A DNA stretch of 64,000 nt. Origin: a virus. The position numbers were made by a program, and so were the translations under genes. Each line of letters opens with the position of its first letter. Position 1 is the stretch's first letter. Shown here piece by piece: positions 54,775 through 64,000 of this stretch. A model generated the notes under the pieces. It was not told where the DNA came from. It saw only the letters and a program-made list of their open reading frames with translations, and ran no database searches. The stretch lies in IMG/VR virus record IMGVR_UViG_3300046319_000183. One strand, given 5' to 3'.

Positions 54775-56675
54775 TACAACAATATGAATCAATTGGAGAT
54801 TTTACCAAATTTAAAATTTCAGATATTGGTAAAGTCTTTAACACACTAACAAAAAATCTATATCCAAACCCCCTACTTACTGTTTTAATTGAGACTGTAA
54901 GTAATGCTCATGACTCTATGGTTATGTGTCAAAAAGGACTAGAACCTATATTTATCAAGTATAACTTGCTTACAAGTGAACTTTCTATACAAGATACAGG
55001 AGAAGGAATGTCTCCAGAATTTATGGAAGATGGCTACACAGATGTTGGTAGGTCAGGAAAAGAAAATGTAGTAGAAGCTATTGGTCGCTATGGCCTTGGA
55101 AGACTTTCAATCCTTGCATATGCTCCTCAGTATTTTGTAGATACAATTTGGGATAAAGTAAAGTACACTTATTTAATAAGTGAAAATCCTTTGAGTACTC
55201 CTGATATTGAACTGGTTAATAGCCAAACTATTGATGCTTGTAATGGAGTTACTGTACGTTTGACACTCAAGTCTAGTGATATTTCTAAAGTAGAACAATA
55301 CATAAATCAATATTTAAGATATTTTCCAACTTTAATTGTAGAAGGCTTAAACTTCAAATCTGACTTTACAGTTTACGAAGGAAAAACATTCAAGACCATT
55401 ACTAATGATGGAAATAGTTTAAAAATTCTTAATGGCTGTACTTTATTTCCTATAGATTTTGGATTAATAGAAAGACCTCGAACTGGAGCAGGGCAAGTTT
55501 TAAAATTTGATTTAAAAGAAGGTTTAGTTGCTACACCTAACAGAGCTGATTTAATTTGGACTCCTGAAACAATTAAGAAAGTTCAAGAAAAATATGATTC
55601 ATACGTGCAAGAACAACAAGATTTGTTTAATGAGCAAGTTCAGTTTTATGATTCTGCATTTGAGTACAAAAAGTTTCACAAACAACTTAAAATAGGAAAT
55701 CAAAATTACCCCATAGGTGTAAAAGAAGAAGATTATTATGCAGGAAAATTAACTTTTTCACAATTTCACACTTTTTCTTATTATTTAGCAGATACATTAT
55801 TTAGCTATAAAACTAAATTCGCAACAAGAAGTCCATATATTACATGGACTAGTGATTTATCAAAGATTGTTTTACTAACTGAACCAATCAAACCTGCTTT
55901 ACTTGCAAAATACAAAAAACAATTTTGGGATAAAATTTTTGTAAACTTTGCTTCTTATGATAGCTTAAAAGAAAAAGCTACAAACTCTAAAGATTTTTTA
56001 GATAAAGACTTGTTAGACTTCTTTTTACATGAACAAGAGTATTTAAAGAAACATCTTAAAACTATAAAAGACTTTACTTTACCTACTGCTGTTGCTGTTG
56101 TAAGAACTCCTGTTACTAAACGTAATACAAGGATTCAAGGACAGCTTTATATGGCTTGGTCGTACCCTACAAAAAGTTTTGAATCTTACTTAATTTCAGA
56201 TGTAAACAAACCAAATATTGTGTACTTTACAACTGAAGAAGACATAGATTTTAATCTAATGTTTTTTTGCAGATATAGAGTAAAAAACATAAAATTCTTG
56301 CGTTTGTCTAAAAGTCAAGCCCCTAAAATAAAATTTCTTGATAAAGCTGTATCTATGAAAGACTTTTTAAGTTCTTCACAATTTACAAGAATTTACAACA
56401 AGGCAAAGTTAGAGAGCGAATTTAAGACTTTACCTAAAACTTATTTCACATATAATAAAAGATTAGTAGGAATAGACTATAAATTAACTGTTAAGTACCC
56501 TTATGACGTTATTGCAACATTTGAAAAGTATCAACCCTTTCTATATCAGTCAGTTGTAGATAGAGTAAAAGCTAAAGCTGAGGCAGACTCTAAATTCTAT
56601 GATGAAGGTCTTTATAAATATTTATATTATAAACAAAAACAATTAAAAAATGCTAAGGTTCAAGCAATTAAATGA
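54771..56675 (+). CDS. GHKL-superfamily ATPase (Hsp90/MORC/MutL-like Bergerat fold), 634 aa
   Basis: N-box LIETVSNAHDSM. G1 box QDTGEGMS. G2 box IGRYGLGRLS. No TOPRIM motif. Confidence 0.55.
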   Translation: MIQQYESIGDFTKFKISDIGKVFNTLTKNLYPNPLLTVLIETVSNAHDSMVMCQKGLEPIFIKYNLLTSELSIQDTGEGMSPEFMEDGYTDVGRSGKENVVEAIGRYGLGRLSILAYAPQYFVDTIWDKVKYTYLISENPLSTPDIELVNSQTIDACNGVTVRLTLKSSDISKVEQYINQYLRYFPTLIVEGLNFKSDFTVYEGKTFKTITNDGNSLKILNGCTLFPIDFGLIERPRTGAGQVLKFDLKEGLVATPNRADLIWTPETIKKVQEKYDSYVQEQQDLFNEQVQFYDSAFEYKKFHKQLKIGNQNYPIGVKEEDYYAGKLTFSQFHTFSYYLADTLFSYKTKFATRSPYITWTSDLSKIVLLTEPIKPALLAKYKKQFWDKIFVNFASYDSLKEKATNSKDFLDKDLLDFFLHEQEYLKKHLKTIKDFTLPTAVAVVRTPVTKRNTRIQGQLYMAWSYPTKSFESYLISDVNKPNIVYFTTEEDIDFNLMFFCRYRVKNIKFLRLSKSQAPKIKFLDKAVSMKDFLSSSQFTRIYNKAKLESEFKTLPKTYFTYNKRLVGIDYKLTVKYPYDVIATFEKYQPFLYQSVVDRVKAKAEADSKFYDEGLYKYLYYKQKQLKNAKVQAIK

Positions 56676-57774
56676 TACTACTGTATCATTCTCTGTAGGT
56701 GGAAAGAACTTCTACCATGAAAAATTAAGTTCTACTGACATTGCATTAATATACAAATATATTAAACTTGCAAAAAATAACATAAACTACAACCCTTTAG
56801 GTTCTATTGAAAGAATTTTAGAAAAATATGAAGTTTCCATACCAAAAAAGTATAAAGATAAAAAAATTCAAAAAGGTTTAAAAAAAGCCTATGTAGTTAA
56901 AGGAGATAAGTGCTTTTTGAAAGGTTTTAATATTGAAGTACCTAAATGCTTTTTTACTAAGACTTTAGACTTATCTGAAAATTATGTAAACTTCTTGAAG
57001 CTTTTATCTCTAAATCCTATTCAAGCAATTAGAGAAAAACTTCCTAAGTATGTTATGAATAACAACTTGAGAATTACTGATAATGGCTACATTGTAGCTT
57101 GTAGACAAGTACACAAAGTAGATGCTCCAGAACATGCTTCTGCAGATTTAATAAAATCTTTGTACTTTAAGATTAAAACAAAGTGGAAAAAATCCCCTAA
57201 ACATTTTTGGATTGACCCTGCTACTGCTGAAATTGTGGCGGAAGATGATGAAAATGGAGTAAACTTACATGATGCTTATACTGCTCTAGAAGATATTAAA
57301 TCTGATGTATTTTATACTTCTAACTACACAAGATTAGAAAGGTGGCAAGTAGGAGATTTTATGGAATTAGAAGATCGTAACGTGTATAATACTGAACAAG
57401 CTTGTGGTTCTAAAATGCTTCATGTAAGAAGTAATCCTAAAGCTTTAGATGGATATGGTGATACCAATATTCTTTTGTTAGTAAACCCACAAGATGTTAT
57501 ATCTTGTGTAGAAGCTTGGAAGTTTGGTGTATGTAGATGTTACTTTGCTGCTATAATGGAGGACGATGATTTATCGTTGTTTGACAAACCTTTGCAAAAC
57601 TTTGAACATGACTTCATGGAAAAAGAATGGAGAGAAATAGAGCCTTTGTTAGACACTACCTCTCCCCAATATGTTCCAATTCACGTTAACTACAAAAAAG
57701 AACCTGTTGAGATTCAAGATTATGCAAGAATCATCAGAGAAAGAACTTATTTGTTAAAGTCCAGTCAAAATTGA
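56650..57774 (+). CDS. hypothetical protein (374 aa) downstream of the GHKL ATPase
   Basis: ORF track. Start uncertain (overlaps upstream by 26 nt). Confidence 0.45.
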   Translation: MLRFKQLNDTTVSFSVGGKNFYHEKLSSTDIALIYKYIKLAKNNINYNPLGSIERILEKYEVSIPKKYKDKKIQKGLKKAYVVKGDKCFLKGFNIEVPKCFFTKTLDLSENYVNFLKLLSLNPIQAIREKLPKYVMNNNLRITDNGYIVACRQVHKVDAPEHASADLIKSLYFKIKTKWKKSPKHFWIDPATAEIVAEDDENGVNLHDAYTALEDIKSDVFYTSNYTRLERWQVGDFMELEDRNVYNTEQACGSKMLHVRSNPKALDGYGDTNILLLVNPQDVISCVEAWKFGVCRCYFAAIMEDDDLSLFDKPLQNFEHDFMEKEWREIEPLLDTTSPQYVPIHVNYKKEPVEIQDYARIIRERTYLLKSSQN

Positions 57775-60666
57775 TTCATTAAGTTGTCCATTAACTTTTC
57801 CTGATACTTTCATAAACCTACCATAAATGGTTGTGTACTCAAGAGAAAAGTCATTGTTTGTAAGTCCTGCATTTAAATTAGGTATTACACTATAGAAAGG
57901 AGAGCCATTACCATTTAGCGTAATCTCGTATGAATTTCCTGCTATTTTTAAAGTAACAACTTGTGTCTCATCATAATTTAATGTAGGATTTATAAGCATA
58001 AATACAAATTTTTGACCTGTATATATTCCTGAACCTATCACTCCTTGTCTATTTTGAATAGCTACAGGATAAGTAAAATGAATATATTTCCAATCTGCTT
58101 GATTAGTATTAGCAAGGTCTCTTGCAAGTTGATTTAAACCATCAGTTCTATGTGTTAAACCAGAATAATTATCTAGTAAATTTTGTATAGAATTTGGGTC
58201 AGTAACAGGATACATAACAGAACCTCTTTGTGGTAGGTCATATCCATAATCTCTACCATTTTCCCACAACGATACTGCACGAATACCACTCAAATATGAG
58301 AATAATTGACAGAAGTTTAATAAACCTGCTCCAATTTGTCTACTATAAATTGAGTTACCACCTGCTGTAAACTCTTCTGTTTTTAAACGCAACTCAACAT
58401 AGTTTAAGCATTTAGCTTCTGCTTTGTATAAACTTACATCTGTTGTGTTAAACTCTACTCTTGCATTAGCTATCAAATTACACATAACTACACTGGCAAA
58501 ACCATAATAGAACTCTGTATTTAATTGAGTTTCAGGCTTCCAATCACTTGGTATTGGTCTACCCCATGAAGTGTAGCCTTGTTGTAAATATTCTGGTTTT
58601 GGAGTTGGAGAACCTGAGTGAACATTATCCCAGAATGTAGGTCCTAGAAGAGTTGCACCATCTGAAGTTCTATATAATAAGTATTTTATACCATCATCAG
58701 GAGCTCCTAAAAATGTTGTAGTTTCACCATAGATTACTTCAGTAAAGGTCGCATCATTCCAAAGTCTTTTTCCTTGATTATCAATAATAAATTGTCCATT
58801 AGACTTTTTATATTTATCATGGCTGGTAATAGTAGGCACTTTAACATAAACTCCTGAATCAAACCAATATCCTGTAGATTTAAAATCTAACAAATTATAA
58901 TTCAACGAACCTTGTAGGATTTCATTTTGAATCATTTGGTCTGTTATTAAATCTGCTTTTTGATTAGTTTGAAAAAAGAAAGACATAGGGACAGCATACC
59001 AAACAGGTTTAACTAAAGGTGCTACTGTTTTCATACCTTTGTTTATTGCTGCAAGAAATGACATTTTTCCTATACCTCCTAAACCATAAGGAATCTGTTC
59101 GTCATCTAACATATACCATGCTTTAGATTGATTGATGTTATAAGCAGGAGTTCCATAAGCTGTTGCAGGGTCTAAGCCCCAAGCTCTTTCATAAAAGACA
59201 TATTCTCCTAATTTTCTAGCTCCTTCTAAGGTAATTCCAGAATAATTTGTTCCATCCTGAGGAGAAGCTAGTAATTCTAAATTACCCCAAACCCCACCAT
59301 TATGATATGTAGAACCATATTCTGTTGGAAAAGCTCCTGCATTTACCATATTAATCATTCTTCTTGCAGCATTAGATATTAGCTGAAAAGGTTGAGTAAA
59401 TAAGTAAATATTTTCTTCAGCATACCTACCTAAATTTTTAGGATAAGCTGTAAGATTACAGGCATGTGTGTAACCAATATTTAACGCTAAATGTTTACCA
59501 TTTTGTCCTGCTGGGTCATTTGAATAAATAGGAGTTCCAAAGCCTAGAACTGCATCCATACCAGCAGGCAAGTTTACTTGTTTGTTTTGAAAATTCTCCC
59601 AAGAAATCCAGTTTTTCTGAGTCTCTTCTGGAGATAAAATTAATAAATTTTGTACATCACCTGAAGGAACTTGATTACAAGCTGTACCTCCTGCTACCCA
59701 TCTATATGTATTACAGTTAGATTTTTGATACTTTTGAGAAACATTTGATTGACATCTTGTTGGACCTAAATCAGTCCAAGTAGTTTCAACACAAGTTTCT
59801 TGTTCAGAAGCTAATAACCATTCTCCTGCTTCATTTATTACATAACCATTGGTTGTCCACCATGAAGTTGGCCAGTTTGCAGAGTTTTGAGCATTAAGTG
59901 TGCTTGTAGCAAACAAACCACCCAAAGGAGTTACAGGCTCATTTTCTAAAAGGCTTAGATTATAATCTCTTATGATTGTAACTCTTGAATCTTGCAAAAG
60001 ATTTAACCCTCTTTCTAAGTAGTAAGACCTTGTAGAATCAGTTTGTAAAAACCACTTTTCACCTTGAATAGTTTTTACTATTAAAGAATGAACTGTACCA
60101 AAATTTATTGTTGCAATTTCAATTTCTTCAGGTTCTGCTGGAGGTACTGGAACTTCTACTGGAGCTAAAGTTGTGAAAGATTGTGTTATAACTGTTGTAC
60201 AACCTTGAAGTCTAGCTTGTATTGTAGTAGCTTGACCTGTTGAAGGAGCACTTATAGTTACCCCATTGTTAGAAATTGTAGCATTTTTCCAATCTTCTAA
60301 AATAGACTTAAATTGGACTACTGAAGAACCAGCTCCAGATACAGTTATTTCAAAAACTGTATTATTTCCTACTCTAGTTTTTTGTGGATTTGGTAAAAAT
60401 GTTATAACTTTGTCACAAACATCTTCTGGAGGGTCTACCAACGAATCACAATTTTCAGTATTATGTACTGGATTTGTGACTTTCAACAATACATATTCAC
60501 CACATTTTAAAGGAATTTCTACATTAGATTTAAACAACACATTAAAGGCTGAATCTATAACAATAAATCCTTTTTGATCGTCTATAGTAATTTCTATAGG
60601 ATTGTCACACTGGATGTTATCTGAATTATCAGTTATTTTCATAAATAAAAAATTTAAATTTAACAA
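57754..60666 (-). CDS. large (970 aa) protein rich in N/G/T/Y/W; the only - strand gene in the window. Possible structural, host-recognition or carbohydrate-binding protein
   Basis: Long uninterrupted - strand ORF with convergent and divergent overlaps to flanking + strand genes. Amino acid composition is distinct from its neighbours. Confidence 0.6.
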   Translation of the reverse strand: MLNLNFLFMKITDNSDNIQCDNPIEITIDDQKGFIVIDSAFNVLFKSNVEIPLKCGEYVLLKVTNPVHNTENCDSLVDPPEDVCDKVITFLPNPQKTRVGNNTVFEITVSGAGSSVVQFKSILEDWKNATISNNGVTISAPSTGQATTIQARLQGCTTVITQSFTTLAPVEVPVPPAEPEEIEIATINFGTVHSLIVKTIQGEKWFLQTDSTRSYYLERGLNLLQDSRVTIIRDYNLSLLENEPVTPLGGLFATSTLNAQNSANWPTSWWTTNGYVINEAGEWLLASEQETCVETTWTDLGPTRCQSNVSQKYQKSNCNTYRWVAGGTACNQVPSGDVQNLLILSPEETQKNWISWENFQNKQVNLPAGMDAVLGFGTPIYSNDPAGQNGKHLALNIGYTHACNLTAYPKNLGRYAEENIYLFTQPFQLISNAARRMINMVNAGAFPTEYGSTYHNGGVWGNLELLASPQDGTNYSGITLEGARKLGEYVFYERAWGLDPATAYGTPAYNINQSKAWYMLDDEQIPYGLGGIGKMSFLAAINKGMKTVAPLVKPVWYAVPMSFFFQTNQKADLITDQMIQNEILQGSLNYNLLDFKSTGYWFDSGVYVKVPTITSHDKYKKSNGQFIIDNQGKRLWNDATFTEVIYGETTTFLGAPDDGIKYLLYRTSDGATLLGPTFWDNVHSGSPTPKPEYLQQGYTSWGRPIPSDWKPETQLNTEFYYGFASVVMCNLIANARVEFNTTDVSLYKAEAKCLNYVELRLKTEEFTAGGNSIYSRQIGAGLLNFCQLFSYLSGIRAVSLWENGRDYGYDLPQRGSVMYPVTDPNSIQNLLDNYSGLTHRTDGLNQLARDLANTNQADWKYIHFTYPVAIQNRQGVIGSGIYTGQKFVFMLINPTLNYDETQVVTLKIAGNSYEITLNGNGSPFYSVIPNLNAGLTNNDFSLEYTTIYGRFMKVSGKVNGQLNESILTGL

Positions 60667-60688
60667 ATGTACGAATAATAATTACTAT

Positions 60689-62896
60689 ATGAAATATTTT
60701 ATAGGAAATAATTTTATAGAATATGAAAATTATCAAAATTCTACAATAGAAGAATGCTTAGCTTACTGTTTAGCACAACCTGTTTTAGGTCTTGATATTG
60801 AGACTTCTAGAAAATTTAAAAAAGGATTGTATCCTGAAACCCATTACAAACCTGGATTAGACCCTTACTTATCTAGAATTTGCATGTTACAAATTGGAGA
60901 CCTTGAAAACCAATTTGTAATAGATGCAAGAGTTATACCACTTACTTTTCTTAAACCTGTGCTTGAGTCAAAAACTATCCTAAAGGTAGGACATAACTTA
61001 AAGTTTGAAGGTTTACATATTTATAAAAATTATCAAATCTCTTTAGTCAATGTGTGGGACACCATGATTTGTGAAAGAGTTTTATATAATGGTTTGAACT
61101 TATCTTACTCTCTTGAAGCTTTATCCTATCGCTATCTTGATTCTACAAAGAAAGTTCAACAAGTAGAAATGTTTTCACCTGTAGACAGTTTTGAAGAGTT
61201 TGAAGAGCTAGACGAATTATCGTTACTTGATGCTGACTTTTCTTTTGTAATTGATAAGTCCATAAGACTTGACTTTGTTGAAATAGGTGATAAACCTTTT
61301 AGTCAAAGACAATTAGATTATGCTTGTGATGATATTTTAATGCCTTTATTAATACAACAACACCAAGTAAAAGGTAGAAGTATTATAGGAGAACAATATC
61401 TTCCTACAAAAGGATTTCTTGTTGAAAATGCTTTTACTCAGACTTTAGCTAAAATAGAACTTAAAGGTCTTACTGTGAATACGCAGGGTTGGCAAGAATT
61501 GTATAAAGTTAATATGAAAAGAAGATTAGAAATAAAAGAGTTTCTAAATCAGTTTATCATTAAACATTATCCTAAGTTTGCAAATCAGATGAATTTATTT
61601 TCTCCTGAACCTACTTGTAGTATTGAATGGGAATCATCTAAGCAAGTTATTGAACTTTTTAAGCATTTAAAAATATGTCCTAAAGAGTTTTCAAAGCAAA
61701 CCAAACAAGTAGAATATACTGTAGGTGCAAAGTCTTTGTTCCGCTTACTAAAGAATGAGAATAAAGATTTCTTCTATAAAGCAGAAGTTCAAGAATTTCA
61801 AAATAAAGAAGATTATCAAGCTCTGATTATTAATTATCTTATTTACAAAAAGTATCAGCTACTTACAACTACTTTTGGACTTGAGTGGTTAAACTGGATT
61901 CATCCAATAACTCATAAAGTACACACTTCTTTTAGACAGTTAATGAATACAGGAAGAATGGCTAGCTCTAATCCTAATTGTCAACAAATTCCCTCTGGAA
62001 AAGTATGGAGAGAATTATTTATTGCAGATAAAGGTTATAAGTTAGGAGCTGTAGATTATTCTGCACAAGAAGCTAGAATTGCTTCTGAAGTCCATAATGA
62101 GGAGAAAATGCAAGACTTCTTTATTCATGGACATCCAATTCATAAAGATGATATTCACTGCTTTGTAGCTTCTGCAATGTTTGCTATTTTAAGAAATGAA
62201 CCCAATTTAATTATAACAAAAGAGCAAAAGAAAGAAAGAAATATTGCGAAAAGCCTTGGCTTCAAAATTTTGTATGGTGGAGGTGCTTTTACAATAGCTC
62301 AAGATTTAGGAATAGAACTACAAGAAGGAGAAGAATTTGTGGAAGCTTACTTAGCTGCTTTTCCAGGTTTAGCAAAATCATTTGAAGCTGCAAAAAAACT
62401 TGCAGTAGAAAGAGGTTGGGTAGAAGTATGTGGTTACACAAAAAAGAAATATTTTTTTCCTGATTTTCAAGAAATGAAAGATTTGTACGACAAAGCTTGG
62501 TCTTTCTTTCCTAAAAACTACAAAGATTTTAACACTCAAAAGAAAAAAGAATTTCGAACGGAACTTTATGCTAAAAAACCAGAAGTAAAAACTTTGTTTA
62601 TTCTTGCTGGAAAACTAAAAGGTAAATTAGAAAGAGCAGCTTTGAACTTTCCTATACAAGGAGCAGCTTCTTCAATGGTGAAATTAGCTACTATTTTGAT
62701 TGAGAAATCTAGCACATCATTAAAGGAAGGTGTAATTCTTTTAGTACACGACGAATTATTAACTCAATATCCTGAAGAACTTGCAGAAGCTTTAACTCTT
62801 GAAAATGAAAATCTAATGAGAAAAGCTGGTTTATTCTTATGTACACATGTACCTATGAATGCTGTGGGAGAAGTAGGAGACCATTGGATACACTAA
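60689..62896 (+). CDS. family A DNA polymerase with 3'-5' exonuclease domain
   Basis: Exo I LGLDIETS. Exo III YACDDI. Pol motif A DYSAQEARIAS. O-helix region GRMASSNPNCQQIP (compare Pol I RLSSSDPNLQNIP). Motif C LVHDELL. Start moved to ATG 60689 to avoid overlap with the - strand gene. Confidence 0.8.
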   Translation: MKYFIGNNFIEYENYQNSTIEECLAYCLAQPVLGLDIETSRKFKKGLYPETHYKPGLDPYLSRICMLQIGDLENQFVIDARVIPLTFLKPVLESKTILKVGHNLKFEGLHIYKNYQISLVNVWDTMICERVLYNGLNLSYSLEALSYRYLDSTKKVQQVEMFSPVDSFEEFEELDELSLLDADFSFVIDKSIRLDFVEIGDKPFSQRQLDYACDDILMPLLIQQHQVKGRSIIGEQYLPTKGFLVENAFTQTLAKIELKGLTVNTQGWQELYKVNMKRRLEIKEFLNQFIIKHYPKFANQMNLFSPEPTCSIEWESSKQVIELFKHLKICPKEFSKQTKQVEYTVGAKSLFRLLKNENKDFFYKAEVQEFQNKEDYQALIINYLIYKKYQLLTTTFGLEWLNWIHPITHKVHTSFRQLMNTGRMASSNPNCQQIPSGKVWRELFIADKGYKLGAVDYSAQEARIASEVHNEEKMQDFFIHGHPIHKDDIHCFVASAMFAILRNEPNLIITKEQKKERNIAKSLGFKILYGGGAFTIAQDLGIELQEGEEFVEAYLAAFPGLAKSFEAAKKLAVERGWVEVCGYTKKKYFFPDFQEMKDLYDKAWSFFPKNYKDFNTQKKKEFRTELYAKKPEVKTLFILAGKLKGKLERAALNFPIQGAASSMVKLATILIEKSSTSLKEGVILLVHDELLTQYPEELAEALTLENENLMRKAGLFLCTHVPMNAVGEVGDHWIH

Positions 62897-63771
62897 TGCA
62901 ATACATAAAAACAGAAATAATAAACAACCAAGTACAACTACCTTATAATGAGGTTCTAGCATTATATAATCAGAGGAAGGAAATTTTGCTTATCGATTCA
63001 TTGTCGAAAGAGCAAATGTATTTAACTCCTTTTGATTATAATGCTAGAATGTACTTAAACCCTAATGTAGAAAATCTTGACGATAAAAAATTAATTTTTG
63101 ATTTCCTACCAAATTGTAACTATGCAGACTCTACGGATTTAAGTTTTTTAGAAAAATTTCATTATACATGGTACAACGTTTTAAGAACGTATTTAAGGAG
63201 TCCTGAATTCTTTAAGATTCTTTTAGAGGTTTCTGCAAAAAGAAAAATAACTTCAGTCAGTCCACAGCAAGACTTAATGTTTAGTGAGTTCTTAGTTGAC
63301 TTACGAACCATAAAAGGAGCTTGGATTGGAGAATCACCCTACCCTTCTGCAAAGGTTGCTAATGGTAGAGCTTTTGCAACTTGGGAAAAAGAATGTCCTA
63401 AATCTTTACAAGTTTTACTTACTGGTGTAAGAAGTGATTTAAACTATGGTTTACACATTGATTCAAATGACTTAGGTAAGCTTTCTCAAAAAGGTATTAT
63501 GTTTTTAAACTATAGTTTGGCTATAGATAAAGACAAACATTTGATAGAAACTTTTAGACCTTTCATGGAAGAAATTATAAAAATTTTAAATCAAAAAGAA
63601 GAGTTTTCTACTATTTTATTTGGTAGTTTTGCAAAAAAACTAAAACCTTTATTTGCAGAACATGTGAACGTTTATTCAACATCTCATCCTGTAAGTTCTT
63701 TATATAAAGAAGAACCTTGGGATACAAATTCAGTTTTTTTAAATTTTAACAAACACATAAAACTATGTTAA
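62896..63771 (+). CDS. hypothetical protein (start at ATG 62896, TAATG overlap with the polymerase)
   Basis: Track ORF 62839-63771. An in-frame ATG overlaps the polymerase stop. Confidence 0.45.
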   Translation: MQYIKTEIINNQVQLPYNEVLALYNQRKEILLIDSLSKEQMYLTPFDYNARMYLNPNVENLDDKKLIFDFLPNCNYADSTDLSFLEKFHYTWYNVLRTYLRSPEFFKILLEVSAKRKITSVSPQQDLMFSEFLVDLRTIKGAWIGESPYPSAKVANGRAFATWEKECPKSLQVLLTGVRSDLNYGLHIDSNDLGKLSQKGIMFLNYSLAIDKDKHLIETFRPFMEEIIKILNQKEEFSTILFGSFAKKLKPLFAEHVNVYSTSHPVSSLYKEEPWDTNSVFLNFNKHIKLC

Positions 63772-64000
63772 CAATTGATTACAACAATCAAATCTTCAAG
63801 ATGTATTGGACCTATGGATTCACTACAGAAGAAAAATCTTACAAACGAGGAAATTCAACAGTGAATATTTCTACCAAAGTTAGATACACAGGGATAGTCC
63901 TACAATCTGATGAGGTTGCTCATACAGCCTACGTTAGATGTAATCCAGATGACAACTTCTCAAGAGAAACTGGAAGACTTTTAACTCTTGATAAAATTAC
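63765..64000 (+). CDS. hypothetical protein, 3'-truncated by the window end
   Basis: ATG 63765 overlaps the upstream stop (ATGTTAA). Open to the end of the window. Confidence 0.35.
   Translation, partial: MLTIDYNNQIFKMYWTYGFTTEEKSYKRGNSTVNISTKVRYTGIVLQSDEVAHTAYVRCNPDDNFSRETGRLLTLDKI

Noticed and set aside
54771-56675. Type II topoisomerase (GyrB/gp39-like) assignment for the GHKL ATPase
   Set aside because: No TOPRIM EGDSA/DxD motif is present in the protein. No GyrA-like partner with an AAMRYTE-type active-site segment lies nearby.
1-64000. CRISPR array or other long interspersed direct-repeat arrays
   Set aside because: No regularly spaced direct repeats with unique spacers were seen. 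The only tandem repeat is the 21-nt x2.5 unit at 100-152, and the tRNA-leader elements are irregularly spaced.

Overview
This window reads as a contiguous segment of a large, AT-rich (roughly 30% GC) dsDNA phage or virus genome. About 90 tightly packed genes lie on the + strand, often with ATGA or TAATG stop-start overlaps. There is one long gene on the - strand (57754-60666). Starts show no Shine-Dalgarno motifs, which suggests a Bacteroidota-type host or another SD-independent host; that is inference only. No capsid, portal or terminase genes are recognisable, so this is a replication, nucleotide-metabolism and accessory region.

Main content:
- A tRNA cluster (7 tRNA or tRNA-like genes, 5583-9271). 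Most tRNAs carry short insertions in the anticodon region. Each is preceded by a conserved leader element whose inverted-repeat arms covary between copies. HNH endonuclease genes are interspersed.
- An unusually complete RNA/tRNA end-healing toolkit. It includes Tpt1/KptA 2'-phosphotransferase, a T4-type polynucleotide kinase/phosphatase (interrupted by an in-frame TAA), two RNA-ligase-like nucleotidyltransferases, a Thg1-like 3'-5' polymerase, a CCA-adding-type nucleotidyltransferase head domain, a DEDDh exonuclease and a metallophosphoesterase.
- An NAD+/ADP-ribose module. It includes a PRPP-synthetase-like and a NAMPT-like protein (a candidate NAD+ reconstitution pair), a WGR+PARP-like protein and a macro-domain protein.
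- Nucleotide metabolism. It includes a short PurA-family (PurZ-like) adenylosuccinate-synthetase homolog, an HD-domain hydrolase, a ThyA with large insertions and NDT-like proteins.
- Replication. It includes an SF2 helicase, a DnaB/RecA-fold ATPase, a Sak4-like ATPase, a TOPRIM primase, an ATP-dependent DNA ligase and a family-A DNA polymerase with 3'-5' exonuclease.
- Other. There are several rho-independent terminators of one conserved type, and many homing-endonuclease-like genes (HNH x4, GIY-YIG, PD-(D/E)xK-like).

Functional calls rest on motif-level recognition in the supplied translations. No database searches were run.
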